A stretch of DNA of 64,000 bases, from contig NZ_JASGFE010000003.1 of the NCBI RefSeq assembly GCF_047605725.1, positions 13,683 through 77,682 of the forward strand, in the 5' to 3' direction. Made by a program: the position numbers and the translations under genes. Numbering within the stretch: the stretch's first letter is position 1; each line of letters begins with the position of its first letter. Positions 1 to 9,813 of the stretch are shown one piece after another. This DNA is from Microbacterium sp. Its GTDB lineage: Bacteria > Actinomycetota > Actinomycetes > Actinomycetales > Microbacteriaceae. Under the pieces are notes generated by a model that saw nothing but the letters and a program-made list of their open reading frames with translations, did no database searches and was not told the DNA's origin.

Positions 1-22
1 TCATCCCGTCCCGGAGGCCCGA

Positions 23-1105
23 GTGAACGCGACCGCACCGACCGCACCGACCGCTAAGGACCGTCGCCGCTGGGCGCAGTACCTCGTGGACGAGCGCGCC
101 GAGGCGCACGTCTACCGTCAGCTCGCGGCACGCCGTGACGGCGAGGAGCGCGAGATCCTGCTCGCGCTCGCCGAGGCAGAGGGTCGCCACGAGGCGCACT
201 GGCTCGATCTTCTCGGCAGCGAGCCGGCGCGGCTGCCCTCGCCGAGCCTCGGCACGCGGATGCTCGGCTGGATGGCCCGCCGCTTCGGCTCGATCTTCGT
301 GCTCGCCCTCGCCCAGAACGCGGAGAACCGATCCCCGTACGACAACGAGCCGTATGCGACCGCGCGGATGGCCGCCGACGAGCGCATCCACGCCGAGGTC
401 GTGCGCGGACTGGCCGCGCGCGGGCGGCGGCGGCTGTCGGGCACGTTCCGCGCCGCCGTGTTCGGCGCGAACGACGGGCTCGTCTCGAACCTTGCGCTGG
501 TGATGGGTATCGGCGCGACCGGCGTCGCATCGCAGTTCGTGTTGTTCAGCGGCATCGCGGGCCTGCTCGCCGGTGCGCTGTCGATGGGTGCGGGGGAGTT
601 CGTCTCGGTGCGCTCGCAGCGCGAGCTGCTCGATGCGACCCAGCCCGACAGCACGGCCGACGAGGTGCTGCCCGACCTCGACCTGGATCAGAACGAGCTC
701 GCGCTCGTGTACCGTACGCGCGGGATGCCACTGGACGAGGCCCGCGCGCGGGCCCTCATGGTGATCGCTGCGGCTCAGCGCGGGGTGGCGCCCGCACCGC
801 AGACGGATGCCGACGTCCACGAGGTTGTCGGGGGCGCACTGGGCGCGGCGGCATCCAGCTTCGCGTTCTTCGCTTCGGGGGCGATCATCCCGGTGCTGCC
901 GTGGCTGTTCGGCCTGTCCGGGGCGCCGGCGATCGTGCTGGCGCTGGCGCTCGTGGGTGCTGCGCTGATGGGCACGGGGGCGGCGGTCGGACTGCTGTCC
1001 GGCGCCCCGCCATTGCGACGTGGGCTGCGGCAGCTCGCGATCGGCTTCGGCGCCGCGGCGGTCACGTATGCGCTCGGACTGCTGTTCGGGGTGTCGCTGG
1101 GCTGA
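23..1105 (+). CDS. VIT1/CCC1 family transporter with N-terminal rubrerythrin/ferritin-like domain (MbfA-like)
   Basis: FRAAVFGANDGLVSN and AGALSMGAGEFVSV VIT1 motifs; N-terminal E..A...Y and EGRH diiron-like motif. Confidence 0.9.
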   Translation: MNATAPTAPTAKDRRRWAQYLVDERAEAHVYRQLAARRDGEEREILLALAEAEGRHEAHWLDLLGSEPARLPSPSLGTRMLGWMARRFGSIFVLALAQNAENRSPYDNEPYATARMAADERIHAEVVRGLAARGRRRLSGTFRAAVFGANDGLVSNLALVMGIGATGVASQFVLFSGIAGLLAGALSMGAGEFVSVRSQRELLDATQPDSTADEVLPDLDLDQNELALVYRTRGMPLDEARARALMVIAAAQRGVAPAPQTDADVHEVVGGALGAAASSFAFFASGAIIPVLPWLFGLSGAPAIVLALALVGAALMGTGAAVGLLSGAPPLRRGLRQLAIGFGAAAVTYALGLLFGVSLG

Positions 1106-1257
1106 GTGTCTGCGCCGCCTCCTGACGTACCTTGTCGGGCCGCGAGCGTGCGCCCAAGCGTCCGGCATGCGCTCGAGCGGCCCGCCCGGCTGAAGTAGGA
1201 GAGGCCGCCCCTGACGTGCTAAGGTCGATCTTCGGTTGGCGACAACCACGTACCCAT

Positions 1258-1342
1258 GCGCGGGTGGCGGAATAGGTAGACGCGCTAGCTTGAGGTGCTA
1301 GTGCCCGTATAGGGCGTGGGGGTTCAAGTCCCCCCTCGCGCA
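1258..1342 (+). tRNA. tRNA-Leu (anticodon GAG)
   Basis: GCGCGGG/CTCGCGC acceptor stem, CTAGC-TTGAGGT-GCTAG anticodon arm, long variable arm, GGTTCAAGTCC T-loop; CCA not encoded. Confidence 0.95.
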
Positions 1343-1348
1343 CACAGT

Positions 1349-1397
1349 GGAATGGCTCCTGACATCGGATTTCGGTTCTGGGTCGGAGCCATTTCCG
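1349..1397 (+). terminator. Stem-loop immediately downstream of tRNA-Leu (terminator or att-remnant)
   Basis: GGAATGGCTCC...GGAGCCATTTCC inverted repeat. Confidence 0.5.
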
Positions 1398-1543
1398 CGA
1401 CGTGCAGCAGGCCGCGCTTATGGATGCGGCTCGACGCGCGCAGCTGTTCTGCACCGAGGGCATCAGCTGACGGCCTCGGCGCAGGGCCGCGCATCCGACG
1501 AGTCTGTCGCCGCGACGCACCGCATGGTCGGCGCCGGTGGCGA

Positions 1544-1623
1544 GCGGCCCGCTTACAGGGCGTATCGGCATCAGAGGCCTCCTGGAGGCCCTTGGGCGCT
1601 GGTTGACCCTGTAAGCGGGCCGC
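1544..1623. repeat. 80-bp palindromic intergenic element (family A)
   Basis: Perfect 17-bp inverted repeats GCGGCCCGCTTACAGGG / CCCTGTAAGCGGGCCGC; related copy at 5214-5295. Confidence 0.85.
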
Positions 1624-1675
1624 TGCGCCCTCCTGCCGCTCGCATCCCGGAGAGAGAGCAAATCGGACTTGCCCG

Positions 1676-3259
1676 CTATCCCGTCGTAGTCAGCCGGCGC
1701 TCCTCGTCGCGCCCGGGGAGCCCGATGCGCACCGCGAGGGCGCCGGCGAGGATCACGCCCGTGCCGATGAGGAAGGCGATCAGCGACCCGTCGAGCAGGC
1801 TCGCCCGTGCCCCGTCGAGGATCTCGGTCGTGTAGCGGGGGAACTGTTCGGCGACATGCACCGCTGAGGCGAAGGACGACTGCAGCGCGTGGGTGACCTG
1901 CTCGCTGAGCGAGGCCGCGTCGGGACTGGCGGAGAGTTTCGCCGAGACCGCCGCGGTGAAGCCGCTGGCCAGCACCGCGCCGAGGAGGGCCTGCATGATC
2001 GCGCCGCCCAGATCGCTCTGGAGGTCGGAGGTGGCCGAGGCCATGCCCGCACGACGCACTGGTGTGCTGCCGGTCAGCGCGCGGCGGGATGCCGTCATCA
2101 CGAAGGTCACGCCCACACCGATCACGAAGAAGCTGAAGCCGACCAGCGGGTACGGCGAGTGCTCCCGCCACAGCAGCATGCTGACCATCGCGGCGAGGAG
2201 AAAGCCGTAGCCGATCAGCATCGTGCTGCGTGTGCCGAGCGCCGCCACCGCGCGCGCCGACAGGGGTGCCGCGAGCAGCAGGCTCACCACCGCTGGGACG
2301 ACCGCCACCCCGGCCTGCAACGGGTCGTATCCCATGACGCTCTGCATGAACTGCTCGCCCACGAACAGGGTCCCGCTCAGGGTCCCGACGGCGATCAGGC
2401 CTCCGACCGCGGGCAGCCAGAACAGGCGCTGGCGAGCCACTCTCAGGTCGAAGAGCGGAAAGCGGGCGCGGGCCTGGCGCCAGCCGAACACGGCGAGGAG
2501 CACCACGGAGAGGATCAGCAGGATGCCACCGCGCAGGGCCCCGCCGGGCGCGAAGACGATGCTCATGCCCAGGACCAGGCAGCCCAGGCCCGCGGCCGAG
2601 AGCACGCCCCCGAAGTGATCGACCGGGTCGCTCGACTCGCCGACGTGCCCGGGGACGAAGAGCAGTACGAGCACGAAGGCGACCACCGCGATCGGCACGC
2701 TCAGCACGAACACCCAGGGCCACGACGCGAAGGTGAGGAGGGCCCCGGCCAGGATCGATCCGGCGATGCTGGCCATGCTCGACACGCTCGACCAGAGCGC
2801 GATCACCCCGGTGCGGCGCGGGCCGGCCGCCCACAGCGCGCTGATGAGCGAGAGCGTGGTCGGGAAGGCCATGCCGCTGGCGAGCCCGACGAACACCTGC
2901 GCGCCGATGAGCGCCTCGACCGACCACGACAGGCTGGAAAGGACCCCCGCGGCCACCGTGCCGGCGACCCCGAGCAGCAGCATCTGCTTGCGCCCGTAGC
3001 GGTCGGCGAGCGCGCCGAGATAGAGCACCGAGATCGACAGGCCGAGGCCGGTGGCCAGCGCGACCAGGTTGAGGGAGGTCTGCGATGCGTCGAACTGCGC
3101 GCCGATCGCCGGCACCGCGATGCCGGCGGCCACCGTGTTGAGGTTGCACACGACCGCCGCGCACAGGAGCGCCGCGAGCACCCAGCCCGCGCGCGGCGGC
3201 GCGTCGGTGGTGGTGGCGAGTTCGCCGGTCGCCGTGTCGTCCTGACGCATCTGGCGCAA
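1676..3259 (-). CDS. MFS transporter, DHA2/14-TM efflux type
   Basis: GALADRYGRK motif A, about 14 hydrophobic segments; start uncertain. Confidence 0.85.
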   Translation of the reverse strand: MRQMRQDDTATGELATTTDAPPRAGWVLAALLCAAVVCNLNTVAAGIAVPAIGAQFDASQTSLNLVALATGLGLSISVLYLGALADRYGRKQMLLLGVAGTVAAGVLSSLSWSVEALIGAQVFVGLASGMAFPTTLSLISALWAAGPRRTGVIALWSSVSSMASIAGSILAGALLTFASWPWVFVLSVPIAVVAFVLVLLFVPGHVGESSDPVDHFGGVLSAAGLGCLVLGMSIVFAPGGALRGGILLILSVVLLAVFGWRQARARFPLFDLRVARQRLFWLPAVGGLIAVGTLSGTLFVGEQFMQSVMGYDPLQAGVAVVPAVVSLLLAAPLSARAVAALGTRSTMLIGYGFLLAAMVSMLLWREHSPYPLVGFSFFVIGVGVTFVMTASRRALTGSTPVRRAGMASATSDLQSDLGGAIMQALLGAVLASGFTAAVSAKLSASPDAASLSEQVTHALQSSFASAVHVAEQFPRYTTEILDGARASLLDGSLIAFLIGTGVILAGALAVRIGLPGRDEERRLTTTG

Positions 3260-3427
3260 CCTCCCGTGCCGATGACGCTTTCCGAGACGATCCTAGGAGG
3301 TCGCTGGACACGGTCGCGGCGCGATGTCCCGCGACCGGATCCGCCGCCGGCGCAGGGTAGCGTGTTCACGGGCGTCCGCCCCGGTGGTGCGCTCGCCGAC
3401 ACGAGCCGCGTGTTCTGAAAGGCTTCC

Positions 3428-4261
3428 ATGCACCTCATCGAGGCGATCATCCTCGGGTTCGTCCAAGGTCTCACGGAGTTCCTCCCGGTCTCCTCCAGCG
3501 CCCATCTGCGCATCATCGGGGAGTTCCTGCCGTCGGCGACCGACCCGGGCGCCACGTTCACCGCGATCACGCAGATCGGCACGGAGCTGGCAGTGCTCGT
3601 GTACTTCTGGAAGACGATCACGCGTATCATCGCGCGTTGGGCGCAGTCGCTGACCGGTCGGATCCCCCGGAACGATCCGGACGTGCGCATGGGCTGGCTC
3701 ATCATCATCGGGTCCCTCCCGATCGGAGCGCTCGGATTCCTCTTCCAGGACGTCATCCGCGACACGTTCCGCAACCTTTGGCTCGTCGCCATCGTGCTCA
3801 TCGTGTTCGGCCTGCTCCTCGGCGCCGCCGACGCGCTCGGTCGACGCACGCGCGAGCTGGACGACCTCACCTACCCGCACGGTCTCGCCCTCGGCGTCGC
3901 CCAGGCGCTTGCGCTGATCCCCGGGGTCTCGCGCTCGGGCGCCACCACGACGATGGGCCTCGCGCTCGGGTATTCGCGCCCCGCGGCGGCGGAGTACGCG
4001 TTCCTCCTGGCGGTCCCTGCGGTGTTCGGCAGCGGTCTCTACGAGCTCTACCAGGCGATCAAGGACCCCGGCCAGGCCGTCTTCAGCCTCGGCGAGACGG
4101 CGGCGGCGACGGTCGTCGCCTTCGGTGTGGGACTCGCGATCATCGCGTTCCTCATGCGCTACCTCAAGAAGGGCAGCTTCCTGCCGTTCGTGCTGTACCG
4201 ACTGGCGCTGGGTCTCGTGCTGATCGTGCTGCTGACGGTCGGCATCCTGCAGCCGTTCTGA
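3428..4261 (+). CDS. uppP: Undecaprenyl-diphosphate phosphatase
   Basis: [13 protein letters not shown] and PGVSRSGAT motifs. Confidence 0.95.
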   Translation: MHLIEAIILGFVQGLTEFLPVSSSAHLRIIGEFLPSATDPGATFTAITQIGTELAVLVYFWKTITRIIARWAQSLTGRIPRNDPDVRMGWLIIIGSLPIGALGFLFQDVIRDTFRNLWLVAIVLIVFGLLLGAADALGRRTRELDDLTYPHGLALGVAQALALIPGVSRSGATTTMGLALGYSRPAAAEYAFLLAVPAVFGSGLYELYQAIKDPGQAVFSLGETAAATVVAFGVGLAIIAFLMRYLKKGSFLPFVLYRLALGLVLIVLLTVGILQPF

Positions 4262-4264
4262 GCG

Positions 4265-5116
4265 TCAGTCGCCGAGGCGCCCAGGCCTGCCGTCGCCGCG
4301 GCGGCGCAGGTACTTCTCGAACTCCTGTGCGATCGCGTCGCCGGAGGCCTCGGGGGAGTCCCAGGCGTCACGCGCGTGCTCGAGCTGACGGATGTACTCG
4401 GTCATCTCGTCGTCGTCGGCTGCGGCTGCGTCGATCGACGCCTCCCACGCGGCCGCCTCGCTCGGCAGGTCGCCGCGCGGCACCTCGGCGCCGGTGAGGT
4501 CCTCCAGTCGGTCGAGGAGCGCCAGGGTCGCCTTGGGGGAGGGCGTGTGACCTGCCACGTAGTGCGGCACGCTCGCCCACAGCGAGGCTGCGGGGATGCC
4601 GACCTCCTCGGCGGCGTCGGCCAGCACGCTCAGGATGCCGACCGGCCCCTCGTAGGTCGAGCGCTCGAGCTCGAGCGAGACGCGGAGCGCCTCGTTGTCG
4701 CTGCCGGCGAGCACCGAGATCGGGCGCGTGTGCGGCACGTCCGACATCATCGAGCCGAGGAGCACCATGCCGGTGACGTCTTCGGACAGCGCCGCATCGA
4801 TGATCTCGGCCGCGAACGCCTGCCAGGACCGGGCCGGCTCGACACCGCCGAGCAGCCACAGGCGGGTGCCGCGCGACGAGCCCGTCGGACGCCACATGGT
4901 CGCCTCCGGCCAGTGCAACGACCGCCGCCCGTCCGCGTCGAGCTTCAGCTGCGGGCGCGTGTACTGGTAGTCGAAGTACAGCTCGGGGTCGACGCTGAAG
5001 ACCCGCTCGTGATCGCCGGCGTCGCGCAACCGTTCCACCGCGGCCGAGGCCGCCTCTCCCGCGTCGTTCCAACCGTCGAACGCGGCGACGAGCACCCGTC
5101 GTCCCAGAGTTTCCAC
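4265..5116 (-). CDS. PAC2 family (proteasome assembly chaperone-like) protein
   Basis: AAFDGWNDAGEAAS, DVPHTRP, WASVPHYV motifs; GTG start with GAGGAG RBS. Confidence 0.9.
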   Translation of the reverse strand: METLGRRVLVAAFDGWNDAGEAASAAVERLRDAGDHERVFSVDPELYFDYQYTRPQLKLDADGRRSLHWPEATMWRPTGSSRGTRLWLLGGVEPARSWQAFAAEIIDAALSEDVTGMVLLGSMMSDVPHTRPISVLAGSDNEALRVSLELERSTYEGPVGILSVLADAAEEVGIPAASLWASVPHYVAGHTPSPKATLALLDRLEDLTGAEVPRGDLPSEAAAWEASIDAAAADDDEMTEYIRQLEHARDAWDSPEASGDAIAQEFEKYLRRRGDGRPGRLGD

Positions 5117-5213
5117 CCGGCTCCTCTTCTCTGTCTGACGTGCATCCACGATACGCCCGGGTCGCGACACCCCGGCGCCGCGCGGCGGCACCTGGTCGCG
5201 CGAACCTGCACGG

Positions 5214-5295
5214 GGCGTCCCGCTTACAGGGCGAATCGGCAGCTGAAGCACACGCGGGGCCGGTAGATGCCGGCTGGCCCTGTAGGCCGGACGCC
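5214..5295. repeat. Palindromic intergenic element (family A, second copy)
   Basis: GGCGTCCCGCTTACAGGGC...GCCCTGTAGGCCGGACGCC; shares CGCTTACAGGGCG(T/A)ATCGGCA with the copy at 1544. Confidence 0.8.
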
Positions 5296-5360
5296 GCGCC
5301 CGCCTGCCGGGCGCGTCGCCCTCGAGACCCGGGGCCGCCGACGACGGCTCAGGAGGGTCG

Positions 5361-6836
5361 TCAGCCTGCGGGCGCGAGCAGCGGCCACGGCTGCAGCGCC
5401 TCGATGGCGGCACCGGCCCGGAAGACGGTGCGCTCGGCGTAGGGATGCCCCACGATCTGCATGCCGATCGGCAGGCCGTTGCCGCCGACGCCGATCGGCA
5501 CGGACAGGACCGGGCAGCGATTGCTGACGTTGAACGGCACGGTCAGGTGCCCCTGCCAGTAGTGTGCGAGGTGCACGTCGCCGTCCGCGCCGGGCACGGT
5601 GATGCCGTCCAGGTAACTCGCGTCGGCGACCAGGCCGTCCACAGCATTGACGGGGGCGATCAGCACGTCGACATCGCGCAGGGCCTGCGCGAGCGCGGCC
5701 TGCAGGCGGCTCTCGCCCGCGAGCGTGTCGACGAGACTCATGCACCCCGCCGCCGCGGCGGCATCGGCGATGAAGCGCTCGGTGTAGTGGGCGAGCCCGG
5801 TCATGCCCGCGGTCAGCTGCGCCATCGCCGGGCCGAGGATATGGCCGAAGTGCGCCATCGTGACGTCGCGGATCTCGGCGCTGGTCCAGGGGAGCTCGAT
5901 CTCCACGACCTCGGCGCCCGCGCCGGCGAGCAGGGCCGCCGTGCGCCGGATCGCCTCCTGCGTGCCGGGGTGCACCAGGTAGTCGCCCAATCGCACCGAC
6001 AGGGCGATCCGGCGCCCGGTGAGCCAGTCTGCGGCATCCGGGTACTCGATCGGCAGGGGTCCCGCTCCGGGCACGGTGCCGTGGTCGGCGGGGTGGATGC
6101 CGGCGAGCACGTTGTACAGCAGCGCGGTATCGGCCACCGACCGCGCCATCGGCCCGTCGCCGCGGTACCAGTCCGCCGACAGCGGAGGCAGCCCCGGAAC
6201 CCGCCCGTACGGCGCCTTGTATCCGACGACACCGGTGAACGCCGCCGGAATGCGCGTGGAGCCCGCGATGTCGGATGCCGTTGCCAGCGGCGCGAAGCCC
6301 GCCGCGAGCGCCGCGCCCGCGCCGCCCGATGAGCCGCCGGGGGAGAGCTCCCGGTTCCACGGGTTGCGCGTGACGCCCCACAGCGGGGAGTGGGTGACGG
6401 TCGCGCAGCTGAACTCCGGCGTGGCGGTGCGGGCGTGCACGAGGCCGCCGGCATCGCGGATGCGCGCGACGACGGGGTGGTCGCTGCCGGCGACCTCGTC
6501 GCGCAGCGCGGAGAGGCCTTGGCTCAGCGGCTCGCCCGCGAGGCCGTGCTTCTCCTTCGTCGCGACCGGAAGGCCGAGAAGGGCGGTCGAGCCTGTCCCG
6601 AGAGGTTCGTCGATGCCGTCGAGGTAGCGTCTCTCGGCGTCCCGCGCCGACTCCCGCGCACCGGGAAGGGTCTGGACCACCGCGCTGATCGAGCCGGAGC
6701 CGTCCGGGTCGGCGCGGTCCACGTGTGCGATGCGCTCGGTGAGGGCGTCGAAAAGCTCGACCGGCGAGAGCTCCCGCGCACGAAAGACGCGCAGTGCCTC
6801 GATCGCCCCGAGCGCGTGGAGAGGCCCGTCGATCAT
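5361..6836 (-). CDS. Amidase (amidase signature family)
   Basis: PVATKE, SPGGSSGG, ASDIAGSTRIPA catalytic Lys-Ser-Ser motifs. Confidence 0.9.
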   Translation of the reverse strand: MIDGPLHALGAIEALRVFRARELSPVELFDALTERIAHVDRADPDGSGSISAVVQTLPGARESARDAERRYLDGIDEPLGTGSTALLGLPVATKEKHGLAGEPLSQGLSALRDEVAGSDHPVVARIRDAGGLVHARTATPEFSCATVTHSPLWGVTRNPWNRELSPGGSSGGAGAALAAGFAPLATASDIAGSTRIPAAFTGVVGYKAPYGRVPGLPPLSADWYRGDGPMARSVADTALLYNVLAGIHPADHGTVPGAGPLPIEYPDAADWLTGRRIALSVRLGDYLVHPGTQEAIRRTAALLAGAGAEVVEIELPWTSAEIRDVTMAHFGHILGPAMAQLTAGMTGLAHYTERFIADAAAAAGCMSLVDTLAGESRLQAALAQALRDVDVLIAPVNAVDGLVADASYLDGITVPGADGDVHLAHYWQGHLTVPFNVSNRCPVLSVPIGVGGNGLPIGMQIVGHPYAERTVFRAGAAIEALQPWPLLAPAG

Positions 6837-8140
6837 GCGTCGCGGTCTCCGGCGGCCTCGACCGGCGGGCAGCCCGGGAAGGCGACGCCGTCGAGGGCAC
6901 CGGTCAGCAGTTCCGCGAGCACCTCGGTGAGCGCCGCGAGTCCGTTCACCAGGTCGCCGTCCTTCGTGAACTCGCGCTCGCAGTGCGAGACGCCGTCGAC
7001 GGACGGGACGAACATCATCACCGAGGGGGTCATCGTGTTCAGCGCGACCGAATCGTGCCCGGCCATCGTCTGCATGCGGCGGATGCCGAGACCCAGGCGC
7101 CCGGCGATGCGCTCCTGCAGGGCGACGCCCTCCTGCGGGTAGTACCTGTTCGGGCGGATGTCGAAGTCCCGCGCCACGATCTCGAGGCGCTCCTCGTCGG
7201 CGACCTGCTGGAACCGGGCCATCAGAGTGTCGCGGGCGCCCTGCACGATCGCGGGGTCGTTGGCGCGCAGATCGGCGACCAGATGCACATGGCTGTTCAC
7301 GACGATCGGTGAGTTGGGCTCGACGGTGATCTGGCCCACCGACGAGACGAGCGACTCAGCGGGGTACTCGGCGCAGATGTCGCGCACGAGGAGCGTGACG
7401 CGCGCGGCGCCCACCAGAGCGTCGCGGCGATCGGCCATGGCGGTGGCGCCGGTGTGGGACTGCTCGCCGATGACGTCGATCTCGATCTTCTGGGTGTACC
7501 AGCTGGAGTCGACGGCGCCCAGCTCGAGCTGCTCGCGCTCGAGGATGCGGCCCTGCTCGATGTGGACCTCGGCGTATCCGGCGAGTTCACGCGGCCCGGC
7601 CGACGTGCCGAGGTAGCCGATCTCCTCGAGCGCGTCGCGGACGGTGGTGCCGGCGAGGTCGCGCACCGCGAGGGTCTCGTCGCGGTCGAGCAGTCCGGCG
7701 TACACGGAGCTGCCCATGATCGAGGGCGGGAAGCGGCTGCCCTCTTCGTTGAACCAGTCGACGACCACGAGGTTGTACGAGGGCGTGAGCTCGCCGGCGT
7801 CCACGCGGCGCTGCAGCTCGGCGGCGGCGTGAAGGGATGCCAGCACGCCGTACGCCCCGTCGAACCGGCCGCCCCGTGGCTGAGAGTCCAAATGCGACCC
7901 GGTGAGGATCGCCGCCGCGCCCGGGACGAACTCGACGGTCGCGAAGAGGTTGCCGATGCCGTCGACCTCGACCGGCCATCCGCGCGCACGGGCGAAGGCG
8001 GTGAACCAGTCGCGGGTCTGCCGGTCGGCATCCGTGGCGGCCTGCCGTTCGACACCGCCCCGATCGGTGGCGCCGATCGTGGCGACGTGGTGGAAGTCCT
8101 GGAGGAACGCGCGGGCGAGCTCGGTGGGCTGGTCGGTCAT
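6833..8140 (-). CDS. M20 Zn-dependent amidohydrolase (allantoate/N-carbamoyl-amino acid hydrolase type)
   Basis: GSHLDSQ..GGRFDGAYGV, NEEGSRF, EVHIEQG, MAGHDS, GVSH motifs. Confidence 0.9.
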   Translation of the reverse strand: MTDQPTELARAFLQDFHHVATIGATDRGGVERQAATDADRQTRDWFTAFARARGWPVEVDGIGNLFATVEFVPGAAAILTGSHLDSQPRGGRFDGAYGVLASLHAAAELQRRVDAGELTPSYNLVVVDWFNEEGSRFPPSIMGSSVYAGLLDRDETLAVRDLAGTTVRDALEEIGYLGTSAGPRELAGYAEVHIEQGRILEREQLELGAVDSSWYTQKIEIDVIGEQSHTGATAMADRRDALVGAARVTLLVRDICAEYPAESLVSSVGQITVEPNSPIVVNSHVHLVADLRANDPAIVQGARDTLMARFQQVADEERLEIVARDFDIRPNRYYPQEGVALQERIAGRLGLGIRRMQTMAGHDSVALNTMTPSVMMFVPSVDGVSHCEREFTKDGDLVNGLAALTEVLAELLTGALDGVAFPGCPPVEAAGDRDA

Positions 8141-8179
8141 GTCATCGGTCCTTCTGGCTGTCGGGCGCGGACTCCGAGG

Positions 8180-9538
8180 CTACTTGGTCCAGCCGCGGGT
8201 CTCGGGGACCCGCGTGACCGCCATCACGATCAGCGTCAGCACGGCGATGCCGATGACGTAGAACGCCGGCGAGAAGGGCACCCCGGTCGAGTCCACCAGC
8301 GCGGTGCCGATGAACGGGGCGGTGCCGCCGAGCAGCGCATAGCCGAGGTTGTAGCTGAACGCCGCGGAGGTGAACCGGTTCCTGGTGTCGAAGACCTCGA
8401 TGAAGAACGTGTAGCAGCCGCCGCCGTAGAAGCAGATCGCGAGCACGAAGAGCAGCTGGCCGCAGAACGCGAGTCCCACATTGCCGCTCGTGACCAGCGA
8501 GAACGCCGGGATCGCGAGCACGGCGATGGCGAGCGCGCCGCCGATCAGCATGGGCCGACGGCCGACCTTGTCTCCGATCGAGCCGGAGATCGGCAGCAGG
8601 ATCGTATAGGCGATCATCGCCGCCCCGTTGAGCAGGAGCGCCTGGTCACGGCTCAGGCCGCCAGTGGTGGAGACGTAGGCGATGAAATAGCCGGAGAGGA
8701 AGTAGAAGCCCATCGCCGTGAGACCCATGACGAAGACGACCTGGATCATCTGGAACCAGTTCTTGCGGAAGGCCTCGCGGATCGTGGTGTGCGTGCCGAG
8801 CTCGTCGTTCCGGTGCTCCTCGGCCTCGTGCTTCATCTCCGTGAATGCGGGGGACTCCTCGGTCCGGGCCCGGATCCACAGGCCCACGAGCGCCAGCGGG
8901 AGGGCGATCAGGAAGGGGATCCGCCAGCCCCATGCCTCGAAGGCCTCCTCGCTCAGCGACGTGGAGAGGAAGAGCACGAGGAACGCGGCGCACACGGACG
9001 GCAGGGCGGTCGCGGCGAGCGTGATGTTGACGAACAGCCCGCGACGGTGGATGGGGGCGTGCTCGAACACGAACGACGGCGCACCGGCGGACTCGCCGCC
9101 GGCCGAGAAGCCCTGCAGCAGCCGCAAGAAGACGAGCAGGATGGGTGCGGCTGCGCCGATCACGTCGTAGCCGGGCAGCAGCCCGATCCCGAAGGTGGCG
9201 AGCCCGATCGTGAGCAGGGTGATCACGAGCACATTGCGTCGCCCGATGCGGTCGCCCAGCGTGCCGAAGAAGAGCCCGCCGAGCGGGCGGATGAAGAAGG
9301 CGACGCCGAAGGTCGCGAACAGCACCAGGAGCCCGGTGAGCGGATTGTCGGTGGGGAAGAAGAGCTTGGAGAGCATGACGGCCGAGACGCCGTAGAGGGC
9401 GAAGTCGTAGAACTCGATGAACTGCCCGATACTGCCTCCGAGCAGGACGCGGCGCTGCATCGGCGTGATGCCCACCGGGGCCTCTCTGACGGCAGAACCG
9501 GGTGTGGCGGGGGCGTGCTCGTCATTGCTGCGGGTCAT
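8180..9538 (-). CDS. MFS transporter, MHS (ProP/ShiA-like) family
   Basis: GQFIEFYDFALY, RLLQGFSAGGE, WGWRIPF motifs. Confidence 0.9.
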   Translation of the reverse strand: MTRSNDEHAPATPGSAVREAPVGITPMQRRVLLGGSIGQFIEFYDFALYGVSAVMLSKLFFPTDNPLTGLLVLFATFGVAFFIRPLGGLFFGTLGDRIGRRNVLVITLLTIGLATFGIGLLPGYDVIGAAAPILLVFLRLLQGFSAGGESAGAPSFVFEHAPIHRRGLFVNITLAATALPSVCAAFLVLFLSTSLSEEAFEAWGWRIPFLIALPLALVGLWIRARTEESPAFTEMKHEAEEHRNDELGTHTTIREAFRKNWFQMIQVVFVMGLTAMGFYFLSGYFIAYVSTTGGLSRDQALLLNGAAMIAYTILLPISGSIGDKVGRRPMLIGGALAIAVLAIPAFSLVTSGNVGLAFCGQLLFVLAICFYGGGCYTFFIEVFDTRNRFTSAAFSYNLGYALLGGTAPFIGTALVDSTGVPFSPAFYVIGIAVLTLIVMAVTRVPETRGWTK

Positions 9539-9546
9539 GGCCCCAG

Positions 9547-9576
9547 AATCTAGGGACGTCGAATAGCTCCTGTCAA
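9547..9576 (-). promoter_or_regulatory. SigA-type promoter of the MHS-M20-amidase operon
   Basis: TTGACA-N18-TAGATT on the minus strand, 8 nt before the ATG at 9538. Confidence 0.6.
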
Positions 9577-9758
9577 TGGAAAGAGTGGCGCACCCCTCGT
9601 GGTCCGGTCGCGCGAGCGGTGCGGGCGTTTTCGGCCCGGTTACCGCCATGTTTCGCGATTTTGGCGCGGAGACTTTGCTCCAGAGTGCGCGATCGGGGCC
9701 AGGATGCGGATGTCGTGGCCTGCCCGGGTGTGGTGCGCGTCCCCCGGATGCCACGGTT

Positions 9759-9779
9759 TGCATAGAAACAACCGATGCA
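9759..9779. promoter_or_regulatory. Candidate LysR binding box
   Basis: TGCATAG-AAACAAC-CGATGCA dyad containing T-N11-A, next to a LysR gene. Confidence 0.45.
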
Positions 9780-9813
9780 TGGGACAAGCTTTTTCCCGTG
9801 CACCGGTGTGGGC

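Noticed and set aside
1062-3311. 749-aa minus-strand ORF and many other long Arg/Pro/Ala-rich ORFs (e.g. 7454-9553, 33053-35569, 44252-46945)
   Set aside because: Shadow frames of real genes in high-GC DNA; low-complexity translations with no motifs; the first also overlaps a tRNA.
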